Source: Coniocarpon cinnabarinum (lineage: Eukaryota). Taken from it: a stretch of 64,000 nucleotides of DNA. The notes under the pieces were generated by a model. That model made no database searches. It worked only from the letters and a program-made list of their open reading frames with translations, and was not told the DNA's origin. Location of the stretch: positions 186,001-250,000 of the forward strand of contig JAVECO010000002.1 in NCBI GenBank assembly GCA_051942205.1, in the 5' to 3' direction. Positions 9,307 through 20,600 of the stretch are shown here, one piece after another; the first letter of the stretch is position 1, and every line of letters starts with the position of its first letter. The position numbers and the translations under genes are program-made.

Positions 9307-11050
9307 ATGTCTCATTCAATGGATGAGTCGCGCGGCCGGACACCCAACCTATTTGATAAGATATGGCCCACGCGTCTTCATCGCTCTAGGATGAGAAACA
9401 ACAGCGAACCACACGTCGGGCGTGGTCTTTTCATACACCAGCCACAGTTTACATACCGCGATTTTTTGACGCATGCTGGTCCTAGATTCGATCTCAGAGA
9501 CGGAAGGACTGCAGTGAGCGCAAGTAGTACTACCACGTCAAGCATGACGCTTCCCCTCGCACTTCGAGTCAGAAGAATCGACCAGAACAATGTGCAGAAC
9601 TTGAACTTTCCGGTCCTGAAGACGGAAGATCTCACTAGTCGTCATATACTCGATCGGTACTGTGCTGATGTTCCAGATCACGATTCGAGGCTGTGGAGTG
9701 AGGGAGACGTGTGAGTGGATCTGAAACGATCTGGTGCCATTTTTCTCACTCTTCTTCATATCTCAGTATCCGAGCAACGGTGCCATTCTTTTCAAACGTC
9801 CTTGAGGTGCTCACACCAGCAGTTCTCCGATCACATGGTTACGACGGTTCGTCTAGAAGTCCATTTCACGTGGATAAGATACTAATGGGGGCCACACAGG
9901 GTCCACTAATTGGCGATCTGAACGAACTACGAGGTAAGCGCTCCATCAGTCCTTCGATCATCTCACTGGTCACCGCGATGCTGCTACTGATAAGTCACTG
10001 CGTAATGCTTTACAACGTTCAAAATGTTCAAGAAGTGCTCGCGAGGAGCATGTGCGATGACAGCCAGCTCAATGGCAGTGTCTATCTTTTGAGAACCATA
10101 TGAGACACATTCAGACTGACGCCACCTGTTATAGCGATGAGAATAGACGTCTGACGCGCGTCGATGTCTCTTTGAGTTACAAATCTTCGAGTGTAGTAGC
10201 TATCGAATACAAGGGACCGAATGCCATCCGACCAGACGAGCTGATGATGGCTGCAGTCGTTGATCCAGCGGAGGCTCGAAGACGGCTTCCACATATACCA
10301 ACGAACACTCCTCAGGTGCCGCCGGAGAGCTTGCTGGAAGATAGCCACATCACGAACAACACCCGGAATTTGATTAAGCAGGGGGTCAACTACGGCCGGT
10401 CCACCCATTACGTCATCTTCTACGACTACAGCACAGTTTTGCTCTTGCACGTGCCGCAGGGAGACAATAGTGATAACCTCATCGATGTCTACATCTGTCG
10501 GGAAGAGCAAAGACACAAGTCCACGAGGGGCAGGCCAGAGAGGGGCAGACCGACGAGACGTAAGAACGGTCATATCGAGGTGGCTTTGAAGTGGATCCTC
10601 AGAGCTGTGCAAGATCATGAAGGCGAGCTGCCTGGGCCTTCTCAAGGCCCACCACCAGGAGGCTCGGGACCGCCATCCTTGAGGAAAGGTCTGCGAATGC
10701 CAGGTCGAAAAAATCAAGGATCGTCTGGAGCAGGGCCCTCGAGTTCACCTGGCGGACAGGGTTCTGCATCATCTGCGGGCCAGTCTGGAAGGGTTTTGAG
10801 GTCAGCATCAGGACAAGGTCCTCCGTCATACGGAGGCCAAGCGTCCTCGTCATCAGGGGGTCAAGGCGCTGCATCATCTGCAGCACAAGGTCCTTCGTCA
10901 TTCGCAGACCAAGGTCCTTCATCATCCGCGGATCAAGGTCCCTCCTCAGCATCAGGAGGACAAGCTTCTGGATCCTCGAGAGGACGAGGCTCATCAGGAA
11001 AGGGGTCAAAAAAGAGCTCAGGTCTCTCATTGCGGCCCAAAAAGAAATAG
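9307..11050 (+). CDS. PD-(D/E)xK nuclease-like protein with G/S/Q-rich tail, copy 2 (exons 9307-9710, 9767-9846, 9900-9933, 10135-11050)
   Basis: Spliced frame: ...WSEGDVIRATVPFFSNVLEV...GYDGSTNWRSERTTSDENRRLTRVDVSL...VAIEYKGP...LIKQGVNYG..YVIFYDYSTVLLL...HIEVALKWILRAVQDH, ending in basic LRPKKK. Confidence 0.75.
10814..10970 (+). repeat. Imperfect 24-bp coding tandem repeat (QGPSSxxx octapeptides)
   Basis: QGPPSYGG/QASSSSGG/QGAASSAA/QGPSSFAD/QGPSSSAD/QGPSSASG, with caaggtcc recurring at 24-nt multiples. Confidence 0.7.
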
Positions 11051-11689
11051 CGCAGCGGCAGCCTTGCTTGGTGAAGAGTGTCACGATGCCAGGATTTGGA
11101 GTATAGAGGCTCAGGCTGAAGGATAGATACTTGCTGTTGGGACGTATACCTACTACCAGCACTTGACATCAATTAATGACCCTAGAGGTATGTTTTGATG
11201 ATTTAAACTGCAACATCAATTGTGTAGCAGATATCCAAATTGCTAGCCGCCGATATTCGTGGCTCTAGCAGACTCATGCTGCAAATTTCGCGTATGAAAT
11301 TCCTCAAGTGCGAGGCAAGCCTGTATGCAATATTTCCAAACCTGCAAATTAGAAAGCAAAAACGCTCTTCACTCGCATCACTTTGAACGAGCGGATTTGA
11401 GTATCCAATAGAAATGCTCACGACAAGAGGGACAATCTTATGCAGAATAATAGGGTAGCTCATGGCATTCACGCGTGCTAAATGAGTGCTAATCACCACC
11501 AACGCCATGCTAATACATACACGAAGCGTAGCGAATCCCAGAACTACTTATCATTATTCATGGTAATCTCCCAGACCACTATCCCCTTTAGCATCAGCCG
11601 ACCGTGAACCCCTGCAATATCGAACGAATAGAACCGAACCTGAGAACCTTTGACTGAGAACACCGAGAACGCGTCCGTGCCCGCAACCG

Positions 11690-14600
11690 CTACAGCCACG
11701 CCATCCACCCGCCATCCATCATCGCCAGATTGCGGGGCATGACACTCTTACTAACCAAGTCCACCACCGTCTGATTCGCCGGCAGCTGGCCCGGCGCCGG
11801 CTTCGCCAACGCAATCGCCCTCTTGACGATGAGTTGACTATTCTGCTCCACATATTCTCTGAGCGCCTCGCGCGATGGTCCCGCCTTATGACCCTGCGTG
11901 TGCCAAAACGAGACCTCGTCACGGACGAAGAGCGACAACAGCGGTCCCAATTTCGTATCATGTGGCGTCCGCGACTGCTGAGGCTGCTGGGGCGGTTTGT
12001 CCTGCTGTTGCCCTTGGTTTGTGCCATTGACTTTGGTCTCGCCGTTAGACTGGCCGTTAGCCTGGCCGTTGGCTTGACCAGCGGCGCTTTGTTCGGGACT
12101 GTAGTTGCCGTATGGTTCAGAGAGCGCCTTTGCGATGACGAGAACGCTGGCGGTGAAGATGCCTTCGAGCGCCACGGGACCTATCAGTGTTTGTAGATTA
12201 GGCGTCAAGCGTACCTGCACGGCTTCACTGTTCGCGAACATGGGCTTGCTAGGCGCCATACTAGGGGTCATCTCCGAGCCCCAGATGTTGCCGGTGGAGC
12301 GGCCGAAGTTCACACGCGCAGGGGTGCGGTCCTTGACGAACAAGACGTAGGTCATGAATGTGTGGCACGCGAGCTGGTACGCAGTCTGTCGTCGAAACAG
12401 CCAGAAGTCATCAAAAGAGCGGTGTGTCGCTTGGAAGTGCTGCAGCAGAAGAGTGTCAGGCACCATGGTGTTCTGGATGTGCTCGAAGACTTGCAAGCGG
12501 ACAGACTGAACAGCATCTTGAGTGGGATTCTGAGCAGCAAGTTCACGGAGGCGAGAAACAGCGTATAGAGCAGGATCCTCGCGGATCAGGCGCTTCTTGC
12601 GGCAAAAGTCTTCGTAGATAGACTGCAATGTGATAGAAGAGCGGTCATCCTCGATCATACGAATGGCTGGCGTTAGGGGCACCATGACCGGTAGTGTGAA
12701 CAGGAGCTTGCGACGGCGCGTCTCTTTGCGGTGATTCAAAACGTCATTGAAGAAGCGGAACATTTGTGTCATGCGCTCTTCACGACGACAGGTGCGTGGT
12801 GTGGGATGCTGAATCAAGAAAGAATGGAGCGATCCATCGTGACCCCGAATCTTGAGTTTGCGGAAACAGATGCCAGATACCCGGACCAGGTCGATGTCGG
12901 GCAAGAAGCGCTCAATACGCACAAAGTCGCCATTCTTGTCCTTGTGCAAGAGGTATTGGCCTGGCACGTCGACTTCGTCGAATTTCTGGAACTTGAATTC
13001 AACAAGATGTGGCCCGGCTACCTCAAGGTAAGTCGAGCTGGGCCGGCGATCAAGTTTTTCCTCAAATCTATCACGCCACTTTCGCAGCTTCGTGATGTAG
13101 TCTGGCATGTCCGGCACTTTGTTGACAAAATCTGCTTCGAACGGACCACGAATGTGTGCAGGCAGAATGGAGTCGGCGAAACGGATTAGGTTGGACTCTG
13201 TCTGTGATGGGAGTTTGGCCCCACTTACAAGCTGCTTAGGCGAGCGACTGATGTAATTAAGAGCGTCATTGAACAATGCAACAATCAACCGATAGGCTTC
13301 TTCATCCGGTGACGCCTTCAACTGCCGCGAAATCTGATCGACCATCGTTTCCATCGAAAGGGCGAGCAGTGGGAACCCGGTTTTCAGTACAGTAGTGATC
13401 TCATCAATGTACTCCCAGGGTTGTTTCGGCGTAGCTTCCTGCTGCTCTCCATCTTGCACCTGATCTTGTGATTCAGGCTTCGTCTCTAGTGCTTGCGGTT
13501 GAGGATTCGCATCTTGAGCTTGATTTTCCGGCGCTGGTAGCTGACTATCAACATCCATTTTATCCGCAGCAGTCTCATTCGCCAATCCATTAGATTGTGA
13601 AGCATCGCTCACAAGGCCCTCAGCTGTGCCCGGTCGAGAAGAGGGAAGATTTTGATTGGATGTTGCAGGCGAGCTTTGAGACGCTCTGGAGGTCTGGTTG
13701 CGCTGTTGCTTGGCTTCCTGTTGCTTTCTAATCTGCTGGAAATCGTCGCGAGATGTTCGTAAGTGGTAGTACAGTGCCTGTGGGTAATGCTTCGCGAGCT
13801 TCAGAAGAATGGACCGCACGATCCGAGCTTCAGGTTTCGAGGTGCTAACTAGCAGCTGTGGGATGAATGTAATCCAATACCAGACCGGCGTGTCACCCTT
13901 GTAGTTGTTGAAAGTCTTGGCCATGTTTCCCTCGGTGTCATCCAGGCTGAGCAACCACAGAACTCGACTCAACAGTTTGCGGGACTTTGCATTTTTGTAC
14001 GTTCCAGCAGCTTCGAGATAGCAGCTCAACGCAGAAGTCGCATGGTTAATGTTGGTGGGATTCTCTCTGAACAGTTGCTCATTATAGCGCCCCCATTCCA
14101 CCCACGCTTTGGGCAGCTTAAGCTCAAAGCCGAGAGCGTTTGAGAAAGCCTCATTCGCCTCGTTCTGCTGATTCTGCCGCGCAAGGAACATGCCTTTAAG
14201 CGTATAGAATTCTGCTTTTTGTGGGTTTCCAAAATAGTTGAGGTTGGTATTGTTGATGACTTCTAAGCCAATCTGCAGCTCTGCAGGGTTATGATAGTGA
14301 CACTTTGCTTGTTCCCGCAGCTTCAAGAATGCCTCCTGGATCTCGATGTTTGGCAGCGTGTAGATGGTACTCAGCTGGGTGATGCACACTTCTGGCAATT
14401 GGTGTTTTCTGGCAACATGAGCAAACTTGTTGATCGTCCAGGCCGTCTCATGGAATCCACGGAACGCAAAAGAATTGCCGCCGGCATTGTTCTGCTGCTG
14501 TGGAACCAGCGAGAGATACTTGTCATTAATAAGTTGGAAGATATGCCGACGCCATGTCACGAGGTCTTGCCATGTATTGATATCGTCCCAAAAGTTCGGC

Positions 14601-17600
14601 AGTCGATCTCGCCAAGTACCCAAAAGCAGCTTGAGCTCCGGTGCTTTATGTTCAAGGTTGTTGGCTGTGGTCTGGCTCAAGGACTGACTGATGACACTGG
14701 CGTCATGCATTTCCACCAATTGTTGAAAGCTCTGCAAAATCGGGATGTGGGCATTCGTGATGTGCTTGGGCAGTTGATGCCATTTACGTATGGACAATTG
14801 GGTTGCCTCATCGCAGATGCGATTGAAGCCCTGTTGAGTCTCTGCGTTATTGTGTAGATTGAGCAACGACATGAAAGACTGGAAAAACATGCGACGAGGT
14901 GTGGGCGCATCCGCGACGCTCTTCACGACCGCGTTCAGCTGTTTCAATTGATCCGGAGTGTTCCACCGGTCGAACTGACGCCAGATGGAATCGAGATAGA
15001 GATCATTCAGGTTGTCAACCTTTGCAAAATCGCTCAGGATTTCCCATTGCTGTAGTTTCTGAGCACAGATGACCCAATGATCTTCCCACAACATGTACTC
15101 GCCCTGTGAGAACAGTGACTCGCCCGTCCTTGCTTTTAAGGTTGCATTTTCAAACGTTCGCTGAGCCTTCTCCCAATTGCCAATTTGCTCATAAGAAAGA
15201 GCAGTATTTGTTGTGAGGAACTGGCTTCGCCTTCTCCAGAGTCCATAGAATAGATCGTCTTCTTGCAAATCTGCATATAAGACTGCAAGTGCGTCCAGAT
15301 TGCTTTCTCTGACAGCCATTGTATCAATGAGAGGGTCTATAGCGTTGGACTCCATGAATGTCAGTCCAGTAAACCAAGCGTTGTAAGTTCGCGCTATGAA
15401 TTTCACCAGGTGATGTGGGATAGCTATGCGAGGGCTCTCACAGCGTGCTATACCCTCCACAAGTGCTTGGGGACAATTCGGTCGCTTGTCAATCTGTCGA
15501 GCATGCCAATCACGCGTGAGCAGCGATATCATTTCCTTCTTCATATCACTCTGCTCTTCTTTGACTAAAGAGGACCAGAATATGGGAAAGAGCGCAACCC
15601 ATAGCTCTTTAGCGAGATGTGCATCGGCGTGCTGAAGGTAGCAAAGGGGTTCTAGGATCTGCGAAACACGAATGTCTGCTGCGCGGGTAATGAAGTCTCG
15701 GTGCTTGATCATCAAAGCCTCATAGCTCTCATCAATCATAACGTTGTGCGTTTCGACATCGACGCTTTGGAATGCTTGGGAAACATTGACCAGGGTGAAA
15801 TCGTCAGGTGCCAGGCTGGCATGCTTCTCTCCATCTGTCGCGCCTAAGAGTAATTGAATCGCCTGACTGAGCCAGAAGGTTTCGCACAAAGGCTCCCAGT
15901 TTTGTGCGCAGATTAGGTACAGAACCCTCTTGTTAGCTGAGCGGCTCAAATGACGATCAAACAGTCTCATAAAGCGGTTGCGCATTTCAATGTTCTGTGC
16001 GCGAGTACCGATGAGGAAAGCCGGCTCGAGACGTACGGCCAGCTCGGACCTGGTAAGCTTGGGGTCTTCATAGATGCGGATGACAATGTCGAGGAACTTT
16101 TCGAACAGAGTGGGGTCAGATCGATGCTCGAAAGTCATCATCTTCAAGACTACAGCATTCTTCTCCTTAAGAGTCGGGAAGGGCTGATCAATGTCGAGCA
16201 CGTATTTTGCGACAAGATCAACAATCCTCGAACAGATTGCTGTATTTGGAGACTTCTCAATCAGGGTTGTCAAAGTTGTGAGGAACGGCCTCCTGTGGTC
16301 ATTGAGCTGTGCGACGCGCGCAGAAAGCACATCGATCAGCTTCAATATGAGACTGTTAGTGGCCTCTGCGGCCCCTGCTTCCGTATTCGCGGAGGTCTGT
16401 CCATCACCAGCTCGCGTGCTGGGGCCCATCCCCATTTGTGCATTCTGAACATAGTTCAAATGCTCTTTGACGTGTTGGGTGAGGAGTTTCATCAGTTGCG
16501 GCACGTGCTGATCAATCTCCTCTGGCATGCAAGCCGCGAAAGCGCCCAGTATATTGACACCCACCAAGACATTATTTCCCGAAAGGGCTTCTGTCGCAAC
16601 AGTTGATAAGAATGACACGAACTCTGAGCGGGGTCCTTCGGCTGTCTCGCCTTCCTCGTCGTCTGTTGGCTTCTGCGGCACTGTTTGGAGAATGCGTTGA
16701 ACTAGAGAACGCCGGCCAAGGACGTCTTCTTCATCCTCATGGAATAGACAGTCCTGCACGTCCTGGTCGCGCAATCGTAGCGGCTTCTCAAGCAGCTTTT
16801 GCAGAAGTGCATGTCGTTCTCGCACCCATTCATCTGGCTTGATGCTGACCATCGTGTTCACAAGTTGAAGAGTGTTCACATATCGGGTGATAGTCTGATC
16901 TGGCTTGTCATCTTGTTTCAATTCCGCAGTCAGGTTGGTTTCGGTCTGCTTAGGGAACATTGTCCCGATGTCTAGATCAGACCAGAAAGGCGGTGAAAGA
17001 AAGTTAGAAAACAGCTGAAGGCTCCGGCGACACACTTCAGCAGCTTGGGTCAAGTGAGCAGCATAAGCGGGACTGATATCTTTGTTCCTTTGAGATGGCA
17101 TCGGATAACGATCAGGCAGGTAGGCAATGAACTGCACCAGGAATTTGATAACCCTCATACGAAGCGCAGAATCGCCCAAGAACGTATGGTGCGAGTCATC
17201 ATGATTGACTTCAGTCCCGTCAGCCTTTCTCTTCGCTGGCCTAGGGGATTCGGGCTTTTGTGCAAGATGTTCGGCAACATAGCGTTTTTCCCATGTCCAA
17301 AGCAGCGACAAAAATCCAAGAAGCGTCTTTTTGTTGTCCATTGAGGTTGTTGGCAAAGAACCTACGCGTGCAATGGAGGAAATTATCATATGGGAGAACG
17401 TCTCTTTCGCCTCGTAGAAAAGACCTGGATGCCGCCCAATAAAGCTGAACACAGACAAAAATAGCTGCAGATTCGTCGGATCGTCGTTGATAGCTCTTCG
17501 CGCTGCCTCTGCCCAAAAGGGCAATTTTCCGTCCCCTCGATGGATCTTAGGAATAACCGGTTCGATGATTTCCAGCGCTTGAGTACACAAGCAGCGAGCT

Positions 17601-20600
17601 TCAGCGACATGTGCACCTATGAGATGGACATAGATTGGCATGAAGATTTTGGCCGGTGTGTCGTAAAATGCTGCGAAATACGCAATGACGGCGTATGCCG
17701 CCCATTTGTTCAGAACATCTTCAAGTTTCGTCCAGTGCCAGCAGAACTTGATGAGATCTTTGCGGAATTCTGATACTAGGGGATGGTAGTATTTCAGTAA
17801 CAGTGCCGTCATTTGAAGAATTTCCATTCGGAAGTGATCAGTGAACGCTGGCGTCTTGTTGTCTTCTGTGTCAATTAAGGTTTGAGGGCGCCACAACTTT
17901 GTCTGTATCAATCCAAGCGTGTGTTTGTTGACGATCTGCGTGCCCTTGCTAAGCGAGATCCAATTTTCCATCACGTCTTTGGCAAGTATTGGATTTACTA
18001 GGTAGCGGATAAGGTATACCTTGCATTTTTCACTGCCGGTACCAGACTCGAGTGTGTGGAGACACCTTTCAAAAAGCAGTTTGCAATGTTGTGCGTCCCT
18101 CTCTTTGATGATCTTATCATATATGCAGCTCTGTATCTCTGGAGTTTCCTTCAGTTCGTCGAGCGCTACTGCGCTAAGGATCTCAAATAATGTGTCGAGG
18201 TCATTTGGCTCATCGCGCATGTACTTCATGAAGATACTAGTCACCCGTTCAGTGGTTTGCTCGCATGTCAATCGCATAGCTGAGGGCACTGTATTGGATT
18301 GCTGTCTCGAATCCATCATTTTGCCACTAGACATGAGAAACTGACGGAACTCCTTACGTTCAAGCAGCCGCTTACGACTATCTTGGAAAGTGCATAAGGA
18401 GTACGTGATTTGGACAATGTTACTTGCAATGACTAATTTCTCGTTGTCCGATGTCTCTGAAGAAAGCATAGCTGTAAGGGAGTCGATCTTGCTGACAATT
18501 ATTTCTCGCAAGGGCCGGCTGCTTGGGTCACCCACTATTTGGGACACGAAGCGGCCAAAGTCACGGTCTGTGGCTACCCGCTTATGATAGTGGTCCCAAA
18601 AGTCTTGAGCGTACCTGTTGAGGAATTTTACTAGGGGTTCTCGAAAGGGGCTGAAATGTGTCCTGCGCAGGGTCTTCTCAAGTTCCAGAGCCCTATTGAT
18701 TAATCCTTCCATGAATGTACTGGCAGCGGGTGGCAGGAGGTGAAAGATCTCAAAGATTGCTTTCACCATCTTGATGGCCTCGTTTTGTTCGGCGAGATGG
18801 AAAGAAGCGCGCTGCAGGGTCTCGTTATTAGCGATTTGTGGAACATTATCAAGCAATCGAGCTCCTATCTCGACTTTGAAGTAGTTCTTCAGTATTTGCA
18901 ATAACCGTGCTAGACATAGAAGGTTTTCAAGACGAAGACGCGCAGCATCTTGCAAACTGTAGAGTATTGGCCGAAGACCTCCTTGCAGGACATCTTTGGG
19001 CAGTTTCTCGGACCGGTCAACAACGAGCTTAAGGGCCTCGTTGGCAGCATCAACGACTTTCATGTGTTTATCGTACAGCGACCGGAAGAAAATCGCAATG
19101 ACTCGAGGTCGAGTCTTGTCATTCGGTGATCCTGCAAAATCTGGAAAGTCCAGAGCCAGAGACAAGAATCGCAAACAAGAGACCTTAAGGCGGATGATTT
19201 GTTCTAGATGCCGCTGATCAGGGGCACCACGACCGGGCATCGATTCATACGCTGCCTCTGCCAACAGCGAGGACTCTTTGAGAAACCGCGTCATCGAGTC
19301 GCTCGGTTGCAAGACTCCATTCCGCAATTGCAAGAAATAGGCAACACCGTCGATATATCCAATCTGCTGAGGATACGGTAAAGCTCTCAAGGGTTTTCCA
19401 AAGACTGTAGTCAGGAATGTCGCTTTCACAGGCTCTACCAGCTCATGTACTTGCATGGAGGAGAGATCGGCAAGGACTTGAAAGCACTGCTGTGTAGCAG
19501 CTCGTACATGCTGGCTCGTGTGTGCAAGCTCGAGGACCAGAAAGCTGCAGAGATTATGAATCGTCCCTGCTTGCTGGAGGACGTCTTCCCGAGTGATTCC
19601 ACTGTTACATTTACGGATGATAATATCGAGTGTTTCCAAAGCCTCCACACGAGTCGCCTGAGGCAGGTCGTCTGGCAAATCCTTTGCAGCGTACATCAAC
19701 GCCCGCGCGATGTCAATCTGCTTAGTTGCAAGCCACGCACTGCCCATGTCAAACGCGGTAGCAAGTGTGTTGACGCCAAGAGCTCCCCCGGATTTGGACC
19801 ACCATTCTTCCATGTAGCAGTTGTGGCAACATTGGGAAAGAAGTTGGGAGAACAGTGGTAATTTGGTCACACACTCCCGGTTTCCGGTGATGGTGATCGC
19901 CAGATCGCGCAGCTGCAGCATTGATTTTCGCGCAACCTCACGCACTTCTTTTGCATTCGAACATAGGCAGTCCACAATGACTGGAATGATAACTCTGTGG
20001 TCAATGGCCAGAGCGCCTTCGCTAACGTTGACATCGAAGCTCTGAGGATCATGCTTGAGATCTCGAACCGCCTGGGCAATTTCCAAGATGATGAGGTGTC
20101 GTAGCACATCGTCCAGCAAAGACGACGCTTCTTGTGCCAGCTCGGGTATACACACGGCTTCCATCAAGCTCCTAAGGACCTCGTGAAAATCTTGTTGTTG
20201 GCTATCCCGTTTCGAAATTGACAGTTGCTGCGAGCTATGCGTGGAAAGTTTGAGCACCCCTGCATCGTTTGTTGAGTTCAGGACTTGCGCATAAGAGCGT
20301 ACTTGCTGCATCAAATCGGCCGGAAAGCTTTCAGACCCAAGGAGAAGCCTAATGTGTGTCACGATAAGCTTCAAAGCTTGCTGTTTTTGGAGGGTCAGGG
20401 AGGTATTGTTGTTGATAGCTCTAGATGGCGGCTCTCTGAGCTTTGCACATGCTGTTTTCAAACCAAGCCTTGCAGGAAACCGACCAACAGTTGATGTACC
20501 CAAGAGTTTCAAGTCTACGGACGGCGGCAAATCCGAATAGTCCTCGTAATGTAGCTGTGGTGGGCCCTCGAGAAACTTGCGATTGCGTCCACCCAGTTTC

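Noticed and set aside
3868..11050. Transposon or Starship explanation for the duplicated module
   Set aside because: I recognised no transposase, tyrosine recombinase, TIRs, LTRs or target-site duplications. The copies are old and diverged.
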